Positions 61,201-64,000 are shown, numbered from the stretch's first letter. The stretch is DNA of 64,000 nucleotides from Candidatus Oxydemutator sp. (GCA_965203445.1 OZ241883.1:544001-608000); one strand, 5' to 3'. Translations and numbers: made by a program. The notes: a model not told the origin generated them from the letters alone.

Positions 61201-64000
61201 AAAAACGGCGCTGTAAGGATTCCTCAAACGGTGTGTGAGCGTGGTGGCCTCTCCGCCTATCGGCTTCCAGTTCAAGCCGGACAGATCCAGGTCGGCCGAC
61301 AACTCGTAGCCGGTGCACGTGCCCGGACAGGTCTGCTTCTCGTCGTAATGGGGAAACGCCGCCCGATAAGCCCGATAAGCGGCCTCGTTGGCACTGCTCA
61401 CGCCCGCCAGCCCGGCACCGCCCAGGTCGTGGCCGATCGCCGCCAACTGCGACGTCGTCGCCACCTCTATCAAGGTGTCGTCATCAAAGTCGTAGTCCAT
61501 CTGGTCGCTCGTCTTGATCGTGGTCCTGACGGAAACCGGCACGCCCAAACTCACGTGGCGCGGCGCCCCGGTGAGCCTCGCGCCCGTCAACGTTACCACC
61601 AGCACCTCGGACAACTCAGGCACGTCGTCATCGAACACCCTGACCGAAAACGACGCGCTGCTCGCGCCGGAGCCGATGGCCACGCTGCCAGTCGTGCCGA
61701 CAAAGTCGTCGGCGTCGACGTCGCCGCCGCCCACCGCCCAATCCCAACGCGCGGTCACCCCCGCCGGCAAGACCAGCGGCAGACTCACCACGTAACTCGC
61801 GGTGCCGCCTTCCGACACCGTCTCGCTGCCGGTGAGCGTCGCCGCAAGAATTACCCGCGGCTGCGCCTGCTGCTGCGACGTGCGACGCATCGCCATAGTC
61901 TCGGTAGCGCCGCCGAACACCAGCACCGGGTAATCAAACACGCTGCCGAAGTCCCACGGCGCGTCGTCGTTGTAGTCGTCGTCGCCTCCCTGATCCACGC
62001 GATCCACGTTCAACTGGTCCCAACCCTCGTAGATGCCCGCGGCCGTGGTGGGGGCGTACAACTGGCTCGACCTCCTCGGGACGACGTTGTCCAGACCCCG
62101 CGCAAACGTTCCGCAGCAACTGCTCTGGCCGCTGCGCTCCTGGTCAAAATAACTCGACTGCACCAGGGCGCTGGCAGCCCCGCTCCCTATCAAACCGCCG
62201 ATGCTGGACACGCCCGGCGCCCCCGTCGTTTCCCCAACGGAGTAACTGGCGCTCACCACCGCCCCGAGACTGATTTCGCCTATCAGACCGCCCACCACGC
62301 TTTCCTCTGCATACACTTCCACGTCGGCGTAACCCGCCACCAGCCTGCCGTAATGAGCACCCGCCAAACCGCCCACCGCGGAGGCGCCGGATACGCGACC
62401 GCCACCGGCGTAACTCGCCGCCACTTCGCCCTGGTTGAATCCCACCAGCGCGCCTACAAAATAACCGCCGTGCACCCGTGCGTTACGCAAGCCCACGTTG
62501 CGGATGGTGCCGCCGGCACCCACGGCGCCGAACAAACCTATCTGATACCACCCGTCCCTGGCCACCCGCAAATTGCGAATGACGTGGCCGTTGCCTTCAA
62601 AAACGGCGGTGTAGGTATCCCCCGGAAAGGCCGCAGGCCCGACCCCCCCGCCTATCGGCGTCCAGCCCGGGCGCGGGGCCGGGTTCACGCCGGACAGGTC
62701 CAGGTCGGCCGACAACTCGTAGCCGGCGCACGTGCCGGGACAGGTGCGCACCCCGTTGTACAGGGGAAACGCCGCCAGATACGCGGCCCTGTTCGCGTCG
62801 CCCACGACGCCCGCCAGCCCGGCACCGCCCAGGTCGTGGCGGATCGCCGCCAACTGCGACGTCGTCGCCACCTCTATCAAGTTGTCGTCATCAAAGTCGT
62901 AATCTATCCGGTCGCTCACCTCGATCGTGGTCCTGACCGAAAGCGGCACGCCCAGACTCACGCGACGCGGCGCCCCCGTGATCCTCGCGCCCGTCAACGT
63001 TACCACCAGTACCTCGGAAAACTCGGGCACGTCGTCATCGAGCACCCCGACCGAAAACGACGCGCTGACGGCGCCGGAGGCGATGGCCACGCTGCCGGTC
63101 GTGTTGACGAAGTCGGCGACGTCGGCTTCGCCGCCACCCACCGTCCAATCCCAACGCGCGCGCACTCCCGTCGGCAAGACCAGCGGCAGACTCACCACGT
63201 AACTCGCGGTGCCGCCTTCCGACGTGGTCTCGCTGCCGGCAAGCATCGGCGTAAGAATCACCTGCTGCGCCTGCTGCTGCGACGTGCGACGTATCGCCAT
63301 AGTCTCGGTAGCGCCACCGAACACCAACACCGGGTAATCAAACACGCCGCCGAAATCCCACGGCGCGTCGTCGTTCAAATCGCCGTCGTCTCCCCGATCC
63401 ACGTCGTCCACGTTCAACTTGTCCCAACCCGCATAGATGGTGCCCGTCGCCGTAGTGGGACCAATCAACTCGCCTGACGTCTTCGAGGTGTTGTCCGGAC
63501 TCGGCACGTTCGCTCCACAGCAACGGCTCCGGCCGCTGCTCTCGGCGTCAAAATAACTCGACTCCAGCGTGGCGCCGACCACCCTGTTCCCTATCAAGCC
63601 ACCGACCAGACCGGCCCCCGTCGTTGCCCCGATGGAGTAACTGGCGCTCACTACCGACGCGCCACCGCTTGCGCCCACCAGACCGCCCACGGTACCCAAT
63701 CCATGCACTTCCACGTCGGCGTAACTCGCCACCACTCTGCCGAAATGAGACCCTATCAAGCCGCCCACCGAAAACGCGCCGGATACGCGACCGCCACTGA
63801 CGTAACTCGCCGCCACTTTGCCCCGGTTGGAACCCACCAGCGCGCCTATATAAGTGCTATTACTACCCACGCTCACCTGACCCACGCTCACCCGCGCGTT
63901 GCGCAAACCCACGTTGCGGATCACGCCGACGTCGCTGACGACGCCGAACAAACCCATGCTGTACCACGGGCGATCATTCCTGGTTATCGTCAGATTGCTG
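25222..64000 (-). CDS. Giant repetitive surface/secreted protein (>12,900 aa, 5' end outside the window): tandem GLUG-type/Calx-beta-like modules and a dockerin-like C-terminus
   Basis: No stop codon in the frame from 64000 to the TAG at 25222-25224. The Met at 63957 is internal: upstream codons read SNLTITRNDRPWYS, matching another module. Repeated motifs GLFG, GALVG, VGGLIG, GGLVG, SYFD, PWDFG...YPVL, VSEG...DF...DDD.PE.SE and DYDxDDDxLIxV. Confidence 0.93.
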   Translation of the reverse strand, partial: SNLTITRNDRPWYSMGLFGVVSDVGVIRNVGLRNARVSVGQVSVGSNSTYIGALVGSNRGKVAASYVSGGRVSGAFSVGGLIGSHFGRVVASYADVEVHGLGTVGGLVGASGGASVVSASYSIGATTGAGLVGGLIGNRVVGATLESSYFDAESSGRSRCCGANVPSPDNTSKTSGELIGPTTATGTIYAGWDKLNVDDVDRGDDGDLNDDAPWDFGGVFDYPVLVFGGATETMAIRRTSQQQAQQVILTPMLAGSETTSEGGTASYVVSLPLVLPTGVRARWDWTVGGGEADVADFVNTTGSVAIASGAVSASFSVGVLDDDVPEFSEVLVVTLTGARITGAPRRVSLGVPLSVRTTIEVSDRIDYDFDDDNLIEVATTSQLAAIRHDLGGAGLAGVVGDANRAAYLAAFPLYNGVRTCPGTCAGYELSADLDLSGVNPAPRPGWTPIGGGVGPAAFPGDTYTAVFEGNGHVIRNLRVARDGWYQIGLFGAVGAGGTIRNVGLRNARVHGGYFVGALVGFNQGEVAASYAGGGRVSGASAVGGLAGAHYGRLVAGYADVEVYAEESVVGGLIGEISLGAVVSASYSVGETTGAPGVSSIGGLIGSGAASALVQSSYFDQERSGQSSCCGTFARGLDNVVPRRSSQLYAPTTAAGIYEGWDQLNVDRVDQGGDDDYNDDAPWDFGSVFDYPVLVFGGATETMAMRRTSQQQAQPRVILAATLTGSETVSEGGTASYVVSLPLVLPAGVTARWDWAVGGGDVDADDFVGTTGSVAIGSGASSASFSVRVFDDDVPELSEVLVVTLTGARLTGAPRHVSLGVPVSVRTTIKTSDQMDYDFDDDTLIEVATTSQLAAIGHDLGGAGLAGVSSANEAAYRAYRAAFPHYDEKQTCPGTCTGYELSADLDLSGLNWKPIGGEATTLTHRLRNPYSAVFEGNGRVISDLTITRNDRPWYSMGLFGVVSDVGVIRNVGLRNARVSVGNNGTYIGALVGSNRGKVAASYVSGGRVSGAFSVGGLIGSHFGRVVASYADVEVHGLGTVGGLVGASGGASVVSASYSIGATTGAGLVGGLIGNRVVGATLESSYFDAESSGRSRCCGANVPSPDNTSKTSGELIGPTTATGTIYAGWDKLNVDDVDRGDDGDLNDDAPWDFGGVFDYPVLVFGGATETMAIRRTSQQEAQPRIILVPAFTGSVTVPEGGTASYVVSLPVILPRGVTASWDWTVGGGEADAADFVNTTGAVVIGSGASSASFSVGVLDDDVPEFSEVLVVTLTGARITGAPRRVSLGVPLSVRTTIEVSDEIDYDFDDDNLIEVATTSQLAAIRHDLGGAGLAGVVGDANRAAYLAAFPLYNEVRTCPGTCAGYELSADLDLSGVNPAPRPGWTPIGGGVGPATFPGDAYTAVFEGNGHVIRNLRVARDGWYQIGLFGAVGAGGTIRNVGLRNARVHGGYFVGALVGFNQGEVAASYAGGGRVSGASAVGGLAGAHYGRLVAGYADVEVYAEESVVGGLIGEISLGAVVSASYSVGETTGAPGVSSIGGLIGSGAASALVQSSYFDQERSGQSSCCGTFARGLDNVVPRRSSQLYAPTTAAGIYEGWDQLNVDRVDQGGDDDYNDDAPWDFGSVFDYPVLVFGGATETMAMRRTSQQQAQPRVILAVTFVGSETTSEGGTASYVVSLPLVLPAGVTASWSWAVGGDDVGADDFVGTTAGSVVIASGAVSASFSVVVFDDDVPELSEVLVVTLTGARLTGAPRHVSLGVPVSVRTTIETSDQIDYDFDDDNLIEVATTSQLAMIRHDLGGAGLAGVSSANEAAYRAYRAAFPHYDEKQTCPGTCAGYELSADLDLSSVNPAPGPGWTPLGGGVPRAVPGDAYTAVFEGNGHVIRNLRVARDGEWQIGLFGRVGAGGVIRNVGLHNARVEMGGDSLFIGALVGDNEGEVLASYVIGGRVSGNAGVGGLIGGHYAGRLVASYADVEVRADGANVGGLIGEAGGASVVSASYSVGRVTGIYPIGGLIGNRVAGAVVESSYFDQERSRQGGCCKPRASHQLRAPTTAVGTLYAGWDKLHVDDVDQGDDGDYNDDAPWDFGTVFDYPVLVFGGATETVAMRRTSQQEAQPRIILAPAFTGSVTVPEGGTASYVVSLPVILPRGVTASWDWTVGGGEADAADFVATTGAVVIGSGASSASFSVRVFDDDVPELSEVLVVTLTGARLTGAPRRVSLGVPLSVRTTIEASDEIDYDVDGDDLIQVATTSRLAAIRYDLGGAGLAGVSSANRAAYLAAFPFFDVEQTCPGTCTGYELSADLDLAGEDWTPLGGAGTSDYYTAVFEGNGHVISNVTIRSANNGAARLDNVGLFGAVGAGGIIRNVGLDNVHTDVSGASMGAGALAGYNAGKVAACYVVGGGGQVRGGSALGGLVGGLDGGVVIASYADVPVHQRSPGRSVGGLIGAVANGGIVSASYALSRLTRDGDGLQGSPSGGLVGDYLSGTLQTSYFDKQRSGQSACCGSNVPTTDNAPRTSVQLRAPTAAAGTIYEGWDRLNVDGVDHNGDYNDDAPWDFGSTFDYPVLVFGGATDTQAARRTSQQRALEVTVAATLAGSETVSEGGTASYVVRLPMVLPAGVSASWSWAVGGGDVSADDFVGTTAGSVVIASGAVSASFSVRVFDDDVPELSEVMVVTLTGVRLAGAPAHVGLGVPLSVRTTIEVSDEIDYDFDDDNLIEVATTSQLSAIRYDLGGAGLAGVSSANEAAYRAYQAAFPVYDEARTCPGTCKGYELAADLDLSSVNPAPGTGWTPIGGLAQGFFFVYPEEVGYAAVFEGNGHVIRNLRMEYRRLFSRDGWSGTGLFGAVGANGRIRNVGLRNVLMNSGSSFREVGALVGYNRGKVAASYVIGGRVSLFSAGGGLIGVNDGEVVASYADVEVIGSRVGGLVGLVYFGSSVKASYSVGKVTNTLDRSSSSGGLIGARGDGGYIGPGYVDSSYFDSQRSGEGRCCGPKRSRDLRIPTTAAGTIYAGWDKLDVDGVDQNDDNNLNDDSPWDFGSVFDYPVLVFGGATETRQARRTSQQEAQPKVNLAATITGSATVSEGEVASFVVRLPEPLPPGVIMRWGWVVGGGEVDTADFVGATTGNAVIASGADRTSFSVRVRDDDEPEFSETLVATLSNVRLTGAPVRGVDLGVPVSAVTTIEVSDEIDYNGDDDTLIDVETTSQLAAIRYDLGGVGLAGVSDANRDAYLAAFPFFGKQETCPRTCTGYELVNDLDLSSVNPAPGPGWTPIGGGVMLHDLPGDAYTAVFEGNGHVIRNMRVARAGQWYRVGLFGAVGAAGTIRNVGLRDARVSLGSNSEFTGALVGRNEGTVAASYVSGGRISGVWFVGGLIGGHYGRLVASYADVEVQAGESNVGGLAGEVGGASVVSASYSVGRTAGASPVGGLVGNRVVGAVVESSYFDAERSGQRDCCGLNAPDPDDARQTSSELRAPTTAAGTIYAGWDRLNVDRVDQNDDDDYNDDAPWDFGGAFDYPVLVFGGATETMAMRRTSQQETQPRASLAATLTGSVTVSEGESAGYVVSLPQALPPGVSVRWDWSVGGDEVTVADFVGVTGSVVVASGAVSASFSVRIFDDAIPELSEVLVVTLSNARLTGAPARNVDLGAPVSVKTTIEFSDVPDYDVDDDTLIEVATTSQLAAIRYDLGGAGIAGVSTANRAAYRVAFPLFGVFDEIRSCPSTCTGYELAADLDLSSVEPHPAPGWTPLGGGIRSEDLVGDSSVDFYTAVFEGNGHVISNLRVVRMGRWYFTGLFGAVSASGVIRNVGLRNARVEVRFDNVGGSLYTGALAGDNRGQVAASYVIGGRISGTWHVGGLVGRNLGRVVASYADVAVHADGNSVGGLVGEAGGASVVRASYSVGRPTGDSPGGLMGIRNVGAVVESSYFDAERSGQDRCCGSNVRDSDDARQTSHGLRTPTTAAGTIYAGWDQLNVDGVDQEGDGDYNDDAPWDFGSAFDYPVLVFGGATETRLARRTSQRETQPQVGLAAALTGSATVAEGEVASYVVSLPVILPTGVTASWNWTVGGGEADIADFVGTTGIVAIGSGASSASFSVEVRDDDAPELSEALVVTLASARLTGAPQYVRLGVPASVMTIIELSDGTGYDDDNDTLIDVATTSQLAAIRYDLGGVGIAGVVGTANRAAYFAAFPFFDEKRTCPRTCTGYELANDLDLSSVEPAPGAGWTPLGGGIPDDNYSVGYYTAVFEGNGHVISNLRMNRSGQWFYMGLFGAVGADGRIRNVGLHNARVSLGRDADHVGALVGTSEGGVAASYVSGGRISGGAFVGGLLGSHYGGLVASYADVRVHADESNVGGLVGATGFASVVSASYSVGRTTGGLPSGGLIGNMAAGTVVWSSYYEAGRSGQSACCGFRAPDPDNTSKTSGQLRAPTMAAGTIYEGWDQLNVDGVARRGDDDLNDDAPWDFGSVFDYPVLVFGGATETMAMRRTLQREAQPKASLAATLAGSATVSEGESASYVVRLPQALPAGVRVRWDWSVGGGDVDAADFVGVTASTVAIESGAVSASFSVTIFDDDEPEFSEVLVVTLTGARITGAPARGVDLGAPVSVRTMIEASDGTTYNGDGDTLIDVETTSQLAAIRYDLGGVGLAGVGKTNKSAYYAAFPFFDEKRTCPSTCTGYELSADLDLSDVADWTPIGGGGTPDSYTAVFEGNGHVISNLTMTGDGQRYRVGLFGAVGADGVIRNVGLRNARVDLGRSSTYTGALVGRNEGKVAASYVSGGRVSGAFGVGGLIGGHYGSLVASYADVEVQAEGSNAGGLVGEAGGASVVSASYSVGVTTGTSTVGGLIGRKHAAAALKSSYFDAERSGLSRCCGTNVPTTDTAPRTSSQLRVPTTTAGTIYAGWDQLDVDGVDRRRDGDYNDDAPWDFGSVFEYPILVFGGATETSAMRRASQREAQPKVSLAPTLAGSATVSEGSTASYVVGLPEALPPGASVRWDWEVGGDQVSAADFVTTTGTVAIASGAVSASFSVGVRDDDEPELSEVIVVTLSDARLTGAPARGVDLGAPVSVRTMIEASDQRDYDDDNDGLIDVATTSQLAAIGHDLGGVGIAGVSSANRAAYYAAFPVFGETQTCPRTCTGYELSADLDLSGIPDWTPLGGGSGVESPVDYYTAVFEGNGHVISNLTMTGDGQRYHVGLFGAVGADGAIRNVGLRNARVDLGRSSTYTGALVGRNEGTVAASYVSGGRISGASGVGGLIGGHYGGLVASYADVGVHAEESNAGGLVGVAGGASVVSASYSVGATTGSGTVGGLIGNRVAGAVVESSYFDAERSGLSRCCGTNAPSPDDTSKTSSELRVPTTAAGTIYAGWDQLNVDGLDRGRDGDLNDDAPWDFGSVFDYPVLVFGGSTGTVQARRTSQQEAQPKVRLVATLAGSATVSEGESASYVVRLPQALPPGVSVRWDWSVGGGDVDADDFVGVTASTVVVVSGAVSASFSVEVRDDDVSELSEVLVVTLTGARLTGAPARGVDLGAPVSVRTTIAFSDGIAYNDDGDTLIDVATTSQLAAIGHDLGGVGIAGVSSANRAAYFAAFPVFDGTKTCPRTCTGYELSADLDLSDIADWTPIGGGVRLEDLPGDAYSAVFEGNGHVISNLTMTGDGQRYHVGLFGAVGADGVIRNVGLRNARVALGDLGRSSTYTGALVGRNEGKVAASYVIGGRISGASGVGGLIGGHYGGLVASYADVGVHAEGSNAGGLVGEAGGASVVSASYSVGVTTGTATAGGLIGNRVVGAVVESSYFDAERSGLSRCCGTNAPSPDDTSKTSSQLRVPTTTAGTIYAGWDQLNVDGLDRIGDGNLNDDAPWDFGTVFEYPVLVFGGSTETMQARRTLQREAQPKANFAATLVGSTTVSEGERASYVVRLPEPLPPGVIVRWGWVVGGEVDTADFVGATTGNAVIASGADSTSFSVRVRDDDEPELPEALVVTLSNARLTGLPARGVSLGVPVSVVTTIEASDEIDYDFDDDTLIEVETTSQLAMIRHDLGGAGLAGVSDANRDAYLAAFPFFGKQETCPRTCTGYELVNDLDLSSVNPAPGPGWTPIGGGVMLHDLPGDAYTAVFEGNGHVIRNMRVARAGQWYRVGLFGAVGAAGTIRNVGLRDARVSLGSNSEFTGALVGRNEGTVAASYVSGGRISGVWFVGGLIGGHYGRLVASYADVEVQAGESNVGGLAGEVGGASVVSASYSVGRTAGASPVGGLVGNRVVGAVVESSYFDAERSGQRDCCGLNVPDPDDARQTSSELRAPTTAAGTIYAGWDRLNVDRVDQNDDDDYNDDAPWDFGGAFDYPVLVFGGATETEAMRRTSQQETQPRVSLAATLTGSVTVSEGESASYVVSLPQALPPGVSVRWDWSVGGDEVTVADFVGVTGSVVVASGAVSASFSVGVFDDAIPEFSEVLVVTLASARLTGAPARGVDLGVPVSVKTTIEFSDALDYDVDDDNLIEVATTSQLAAIRYDLDGAGLAGVSSANRAAYLAAFPLFDEFDQVQTCPGTCAGYELSADLDLSSVEPHPGTGWTPLGGGVEVQDFPGDYYTAVFEGNGHVISNLRVARDEGWYQMGLFGAVSASGTIRNVGLRNARVEVAASGFGQSPFVGALVGDNRGQVAVSYVIGGRVSGGFGVGGLIGNNAGRVVASYADVAVHAFSTVGGLVGQADLASVVSASYSVGRVTGFFSPIGGLIGSGFRNSVVESSYFDKERGVQSDCCGSKTSHQLRAPTTAAGTIYAGWDKLNVDRVDQGDDGDYNDDAPWDFGTAFDYPVLVFGGATETRLARRTSQRETQPPVGLAATLTGSATVAEGEVASYVVSLPVILPAGVTASWNWMVGGDEVDADDFVGTTGIVAIGSGASSASFSVRVFDDDAPEFPEVLVVTLASARLAGAPQDVTVGAPASVSTIIEFSDGSDYNDDNDTLIDVATTSRLAAIRYDLGGVGPAGVSDANRAAYYAAFPFFDEKRTCPSTCTGYELSGDLDLSGIPDWTPIGGGSGVESPPDSYTAVFEGNGHVISNLTMTGDGQWYHVGLFGAVGADGVIRNVGLRNARVALGALGRSSTYTGALVGRNEGKVAASYVIGGRISGASRVGGLIGGHYGSLVASYADVEVHAEGSNAGGLVGEAGGASVVNASYSVGVTTGTSTVGGLIGRKHAAAALESSYFDSERSGLSRCCGTNVPTTDTAPRTSSQLRVPTTATGTIYAGWDKLNVDNVDRRRDGNYNDDAPWDFGSVFDYPVLVFGGATETMAMRRASQREAQPAVSFAPTLAGSATVSEGGTATYVVSLPGALPLETTASWDWSVGGEVDAADFVGVTAGSVAIVSGAVSASFSLRVRDDDEPELSEVLVVALASARLTGAPQYVRLGVPASVMTIIELSDGTDYDDDNDTLIDVATTSQLAAIRYDLGGAGIAGVVGKANRLAYFAAFPVFDEKQTCPRTCTGYELAADLDLSSVEPAPGAGWTPLGGGIPDNNYSVDYYTAVFEGNGHVISNLRMNRSGQWFYMGLFGAVGADGRIRNVGLHNARVSLGGNSEHVGALVGTNEGAVAASYVSGGRISGALYIGGLIGGHYGSLVASYADVEVRASASNAGGLVGATDFASVVSASYSVGRTTGGLPSGGLIGNIAAGTVVWSSYYDAERSGQSACCGFGAPDPDNTSKTSSQLRAPTTATGTIYAGWDQLNVDGVDQGRDDDLNDDSPWDFGSVFDYPVLVFGGATDTESARRTLQREAQPKASLAATLTGSATVSEGESASYVVRLPQALPAGVTVSWDWSVGGGDVDAADFVGVTASTVAIESGAVSASFSVEVRDDDEPELSEVIVVTLTGARLTGAPARGVDLGAPVSVRTIIEASDEIDYDDDNDGLIDVATTSRLAAIRYDLGGVGLAGVSDANRAAYYAAFPFFDEKRTCPSTCTGYELSGDLDLSDVADWTPIGGGVGLQDLPGDAYTAVFEGNGHVISNLRVATDGQRYHVGLFGAVGAAGVIRNVGLRNARVDLGRSSTYTGALVGRNEGKVAASYVIGGRISGASGVGGLIGGHYGRLVASYADVEVHAEGSNAGGLAGEAGGASVVSASYSVGVTTGTATAGGLIGNRVVGAVVESSYFDAERSGLSRCCGTNVPTTDTAPRTSSQLRVPTTTAGTIYAGWDQLNVDGLDRIGDGNLNDDAPWDFGSVFDYPVLVFGGSTETVQARRTSQREAQPAVSLAPTLAGSETVSEGGTASYVVRLPQALPPGVRARWDWSVGGGEVDADDFVGVTASSVAIESGAVSASFSLRVRVDDEPELSEVLVVTLTGARLTGAPAHVSLGVPLSVRTTIEASGAKDYDVDDDNLIEVATTSQLAAIRYDLGGVGLAGVSGDANRAAYLAAFPVFDVEQICPGTCTGYELSADLDLSGIPDWTPIGGGSGVEYPVDSYTAVFEGNGRVVSNLTMTGDGQRYHVGLFGAVGADGAIRNVGLRNARVVLGRSSTYTGALVGRNEGTVAASYVSGGRISGASRVGGLIGGHYGGLVASYADVEVHAEGSNAGGLVGEAGGASVVSASYSVGATTGSGTVGGLIGNRVVGAVVESSYFDAERSGLSRCCGTNAPSPDDTSKTSSELRVPTTTAGTIYAGWDQLNVDGLDRGRDGDLNDDAPWDFGSVFDYPVLVFGGATDTEAARRTLQREAQPAVSLAPTLAGSETVSEGGTASYVVRLPQALPPGVRASWDWSVGGGEVDADDFVDAITGTVVIVSGAVSASFSLRVRVDGELEFSEVLVVTLTGARLTGAPAHVSVGVPVSVRTTIEGSGEIDYDLDNDTLIEVATTSQLAMIRYDLDGVGLAGVSGDANRDAYLDAFPVFDVEQTCPTTCTGYELSADLDLSSVEPAPGPGWTPLGGGVSPLLDEDYYTAVFEGNGHVISNMRMTRDGRLSHAGLFGAVSAVGVIRNVGLRDARVSLGNHSTYIGALVGRNEGKVAASYVSGGRISGVWAVGGLIGGNFGRLVASYADVEVHAGGANVGGLVGEAGGASVVSASYSVGEPTGATAGGLIGQRLAGAVVESSYFDTGRSLQASCCGTEPGDTDNVAPRTSSELRVPTTTAGTIYAGWDQLNVDGLDRGRDGNLNDDSPWDFGSVFDYPVLVFGGATDTEAARRTSQREAQPAVSLAPTLTGSETVSEGGTASYVVRLPQALPPGVRAHWDWSVGGGEVDADDFIGATTGNVAIVSGAVSASFSVAVRDDDAPEFSEVLVVTLTGARLTGAPARVSLGVPLSVRTTIEASDETIYNGDGDTLIDVETTSQLAAIRYDLGGVGPAGVSSANKAAYYAAFPFFDEKRTCPSTCTGYELSADLDLSGIPDWTPIGGGSGVEAPVDYYTAVFEGNGRVVSNLTMTGDGQRYHVGLFGAVGAGGVIRNVGLRNARVVLGRSSTYTGALVGRNEGKVAASYVIGGRVSGASRVGGLIGGHYGGLVASYADVEVHAEESNAGGLVGEAGAASVVSASYSVGVTTGTTTAGGLIGNRVVGAVVESSYFDAERSGLSRCCGTNAPSPDDTSKTSSELRVPTTTAGTIYAGWDQLNVDGLDRGRDGNLNDDSPWDFGSVFDYPVLVFGGATDTEAARRTSQREAQPAVSLAPTLTGSETVSEGGTASYVVRLPQALPPGVRARWDWSVGGGEVDADDFVGTTAGNVVIVSGAVSASFSLRVRDDGMPELSEVLVVTLTGARLTGAPAHVSLGVPLSVRTIIEASDETIYNGDGDTLIDVETTSQLAAIRYDLGGVGPAGVSKTNKSAYYAAFPFFDEKRTCPSTCTGYELSNDLDLSGIPDWTPLGGGVGLQDLPGDAYSAIFEGNGHVISNLRVTRSGSWYHVGLFGAVGAAGVIRNVGLRNARVVLGRSSTYTGALVGRNEGKVAASYVSGGRISGASGVGGLIGGHYGRLVASYADVEVHAEESNAGGLVGEAGGASVVSASYSVGVTTGTATAGGLIGNRVAGAVVESSYFDAERSGLSRCCGTNAPSPDDTSKTSSELRVPTTTAGTIYAGWDQLNVDGLDQGDNGDLNDDSPWDFGSVFDYPVLVFGGSTETVQARRTSQREAQPAVSLAPTLAGSETVSEGGTASYVVRLPQALPPGVRASWDWSVGGGEADAADFVGVTASSVVIESGAVSASFSVGVFDDDAPEFSEVLVVTLTGARLTGAPARGVDLGMPVSVRTIIEASDETIYNGDGDTLIDVETTSQLAAIRYDLGGVGPAGVSKTNKSAYYAAFPFFDEKRTCPSTCTGYELSNDLDLSGIPDWTPLGGGVGLQDLPGDAYSAIFEGNGHVISNLRVTRSGSWYHVGLFGAVGAAGVIRNVGLRNARMNLGRSSTYTGALVGRNEGKVAASYVSGGRVSGASRVGGLIGGHYGRLVASYADVEVHAEGSNAGGLVGEAGGASVVSASYSVGVTTGTATAGGLIGNRVVGAVVESSYFDAERSGLSRCCGTNAPSPDDTSKTSSELRVPTTTAGTIYAGWDQLDVDGVDRGRDGDLNDDAPWDFGSVFDYPVLVFGGATDTEVARRTLQREAQPAVSLAPTLAGSETVSEGGTASYVVRLPQALPPGVRARWDWSVGGGEVDAADFVGVTASSVAIESGAVSASFSVGVRDDDAPEFSEVLVVTLTGARLTGAPARGVDLGMPVSVRTIIEASDETIYNGDGDTLIDVETTSQLAAIRYDLGGVGLAGVSSANRAAYYAAFPFFDEKRTCPSTCTGYELSADLDLDSIADWTPIGGGSGVEYPVDYYTAVFEGNGRVISNLRVTGDGQRYHVGLFGAVGADGAIRNVGLRNARVDLGRSSTYTGALVGRNEGKVAASYVSGGRVSGASRVGGLIGGHYGSLVASYADVEVHAEESNAGGLVGEAGGASVVSASYSVGVTTGTATAGGLIGNRVVGAVVESSYFDAERSGLSRCCGTNAPSSDDTSKTSSELRVPTTAAGTIYAGWDQLNVDGLDRGRDGDLNDDAPWDFGSVFEYPVLVFGGSTETMQARRTLQREAQPAVSLAPTLAGSETVSEGGTASYVVSLPQALPPGVRASWDWSVGGGEVDADDFVSVTASSVVIESGAVSASFSVGVRDDDEPEFSEVLVVALTGARLTGAPARGVDLGMPVSVRTIIEASDETIYNGDGDTLIDVETTSQLAAIRYDLGGVGPAGVSSANRAAYYAAFPFFDEKRTCPGTCTGYELSGDLDLDSIADWTPIGGGSGVESPVDYYTAVFEGNGRVISNLRVTGDGQRYHVGLFGAVSAVGTIRNVGLRNARVVLGHSSTYTGALVGRNEGKVAASYVIGGRISGASGVGGLIGGHYGGLVASYADVEVHAEESNAGGLVGEAGGASVVSASYSVGVTTGTATAGGLIGNRVVGAVVESSYFDAERSGLSRCCGTNAPSSDDTSKTSSELRVPTTTAGTIYAGWDQLDVDGEDRGRDGNLNDDSPWDFGSVFDYPVLVFGGATDTEAARRTSQREAQPAVSLAPTLAGSETVSEGGTASYVVRLPQALPPGVRARWDWSVGGGEVDADDFVGVTASSVAIESGTVSASFSLRVRVDGEPELSEVLVVTLTGARLTGAPAHVSLGVPLSVRTTIEVSGAKDYDVDDDNLIEVATTSQLAAIRYDLGGVGLAGVSGDANRAAYLAAFPVFDVEQICPGTCTGYELSADLDLSGIPDWTPLGGGSGVESPVDYYTAVFEGNGHVISNLTMTGDGQRYHVGLFGAVGAAGAIRNVGLRNARVDLGRSSTYTGALVGRNEGKVAASYVSGGRISGASGVGGLIGGHYGGLVASYADVEVHAEGSNAGGLAGEAGGASVVSASYSVGATTGSGTLGGLIGNRVVGAVVESSYFDAERSGLSRCCGTNAPSPDDTSKTSSELRVPTTTAGTIYAGWDQLNVDGLDRGRDGNLNDDAPWDFGSVFDYPVLVFGGSTGTVQARRTSQQEAQPKVRLVATLTGSATVSEGESASYVVRLPQALPPGVSVRWDWSVGGGDVDAADFVGVTASTVVVVSGAVSASFSVEVRDDDVSELSEVLVVTLTGARLTGAPARGVDLGAPVSVRTTIAFSDGIAYNDDGDTLIDVATTSQLAAIRYDLGGVGIAGVSDANRAAYFAAFPVFDGMQTCPRTCTGYELSADLDLSDIPDWTPIGGGVRLEDLPGDAYSAVFEGNGHVISNLTMAGDGQRYHVGLFGAVGADGVIRNVGLRNARVALGDLGRSSTYTGALVGRNEGKVAASYVIGGRISGASGVGGLIGGHYGGLVASYADVEVHAEESNAGGLVGEAGGASVVSASYSVGVTTGTATAGGLIGNRVVGAVVESSYFDAERSGLSRCCGTNAPSSDDTSKTSSELRVPTTAAGTIYAGWDQLNVDGLDRIGDGNLNDDSPWDFGSVFDYPVLVFGGATDTEAARRTSQREAQPAVSLAPTLTGSETVSEGGTASYVVRLPQALPPGVRASWDWSVGGGEVDAADFVGVTASSVAIESGAVSASFSLRVRVDGEPELSEVLAVTLTGARLTGAPARVVLGVPSTVARTTIEANELSQVTVAATSATVSESTTATFTIALSGGGDRAVVVDYEIAAASEGLTHEDLAAVHVEGRGAAGVRSVVSLPFTGSVVLNEAGVARIEVGVPSDGRGDEGRERFRLRLTGCPNCGTHLAELGTPSFADVGIFSERVVVVDARVVLQGALLAGAGRMRSDLAGLLPRRQPYGALPWGHPVTTTVPHAGAAVGLASVTSTIVDWVLVELRTGESTTAAASSRPPTGGRAAGLLLSDGRIAGINEAASSVADALSLGGVRFEAELSEGEDLYVLIHHRNHLSVMSAMPAAATTGADCEADYCVDFRVGQSHGGGQIAVGAGVYAMVAGDVDRNGVIDERDEVLIRVYNLSSLGAGDYRAAAAAGHYAVDADVDFDGEVLSADRYFVIENKGRRRTFPIQ
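26420..64000 (-). repeat. Tandem array of 27 modules of ~1.38-1.44 kb (the first truncated by the window edge)
   Basis: The PWDFG marker (plus strand tcccacgg) was counted 27 times between ~26864 and ~63356; mean spacing ~1404 bp. Confidence 0.9.
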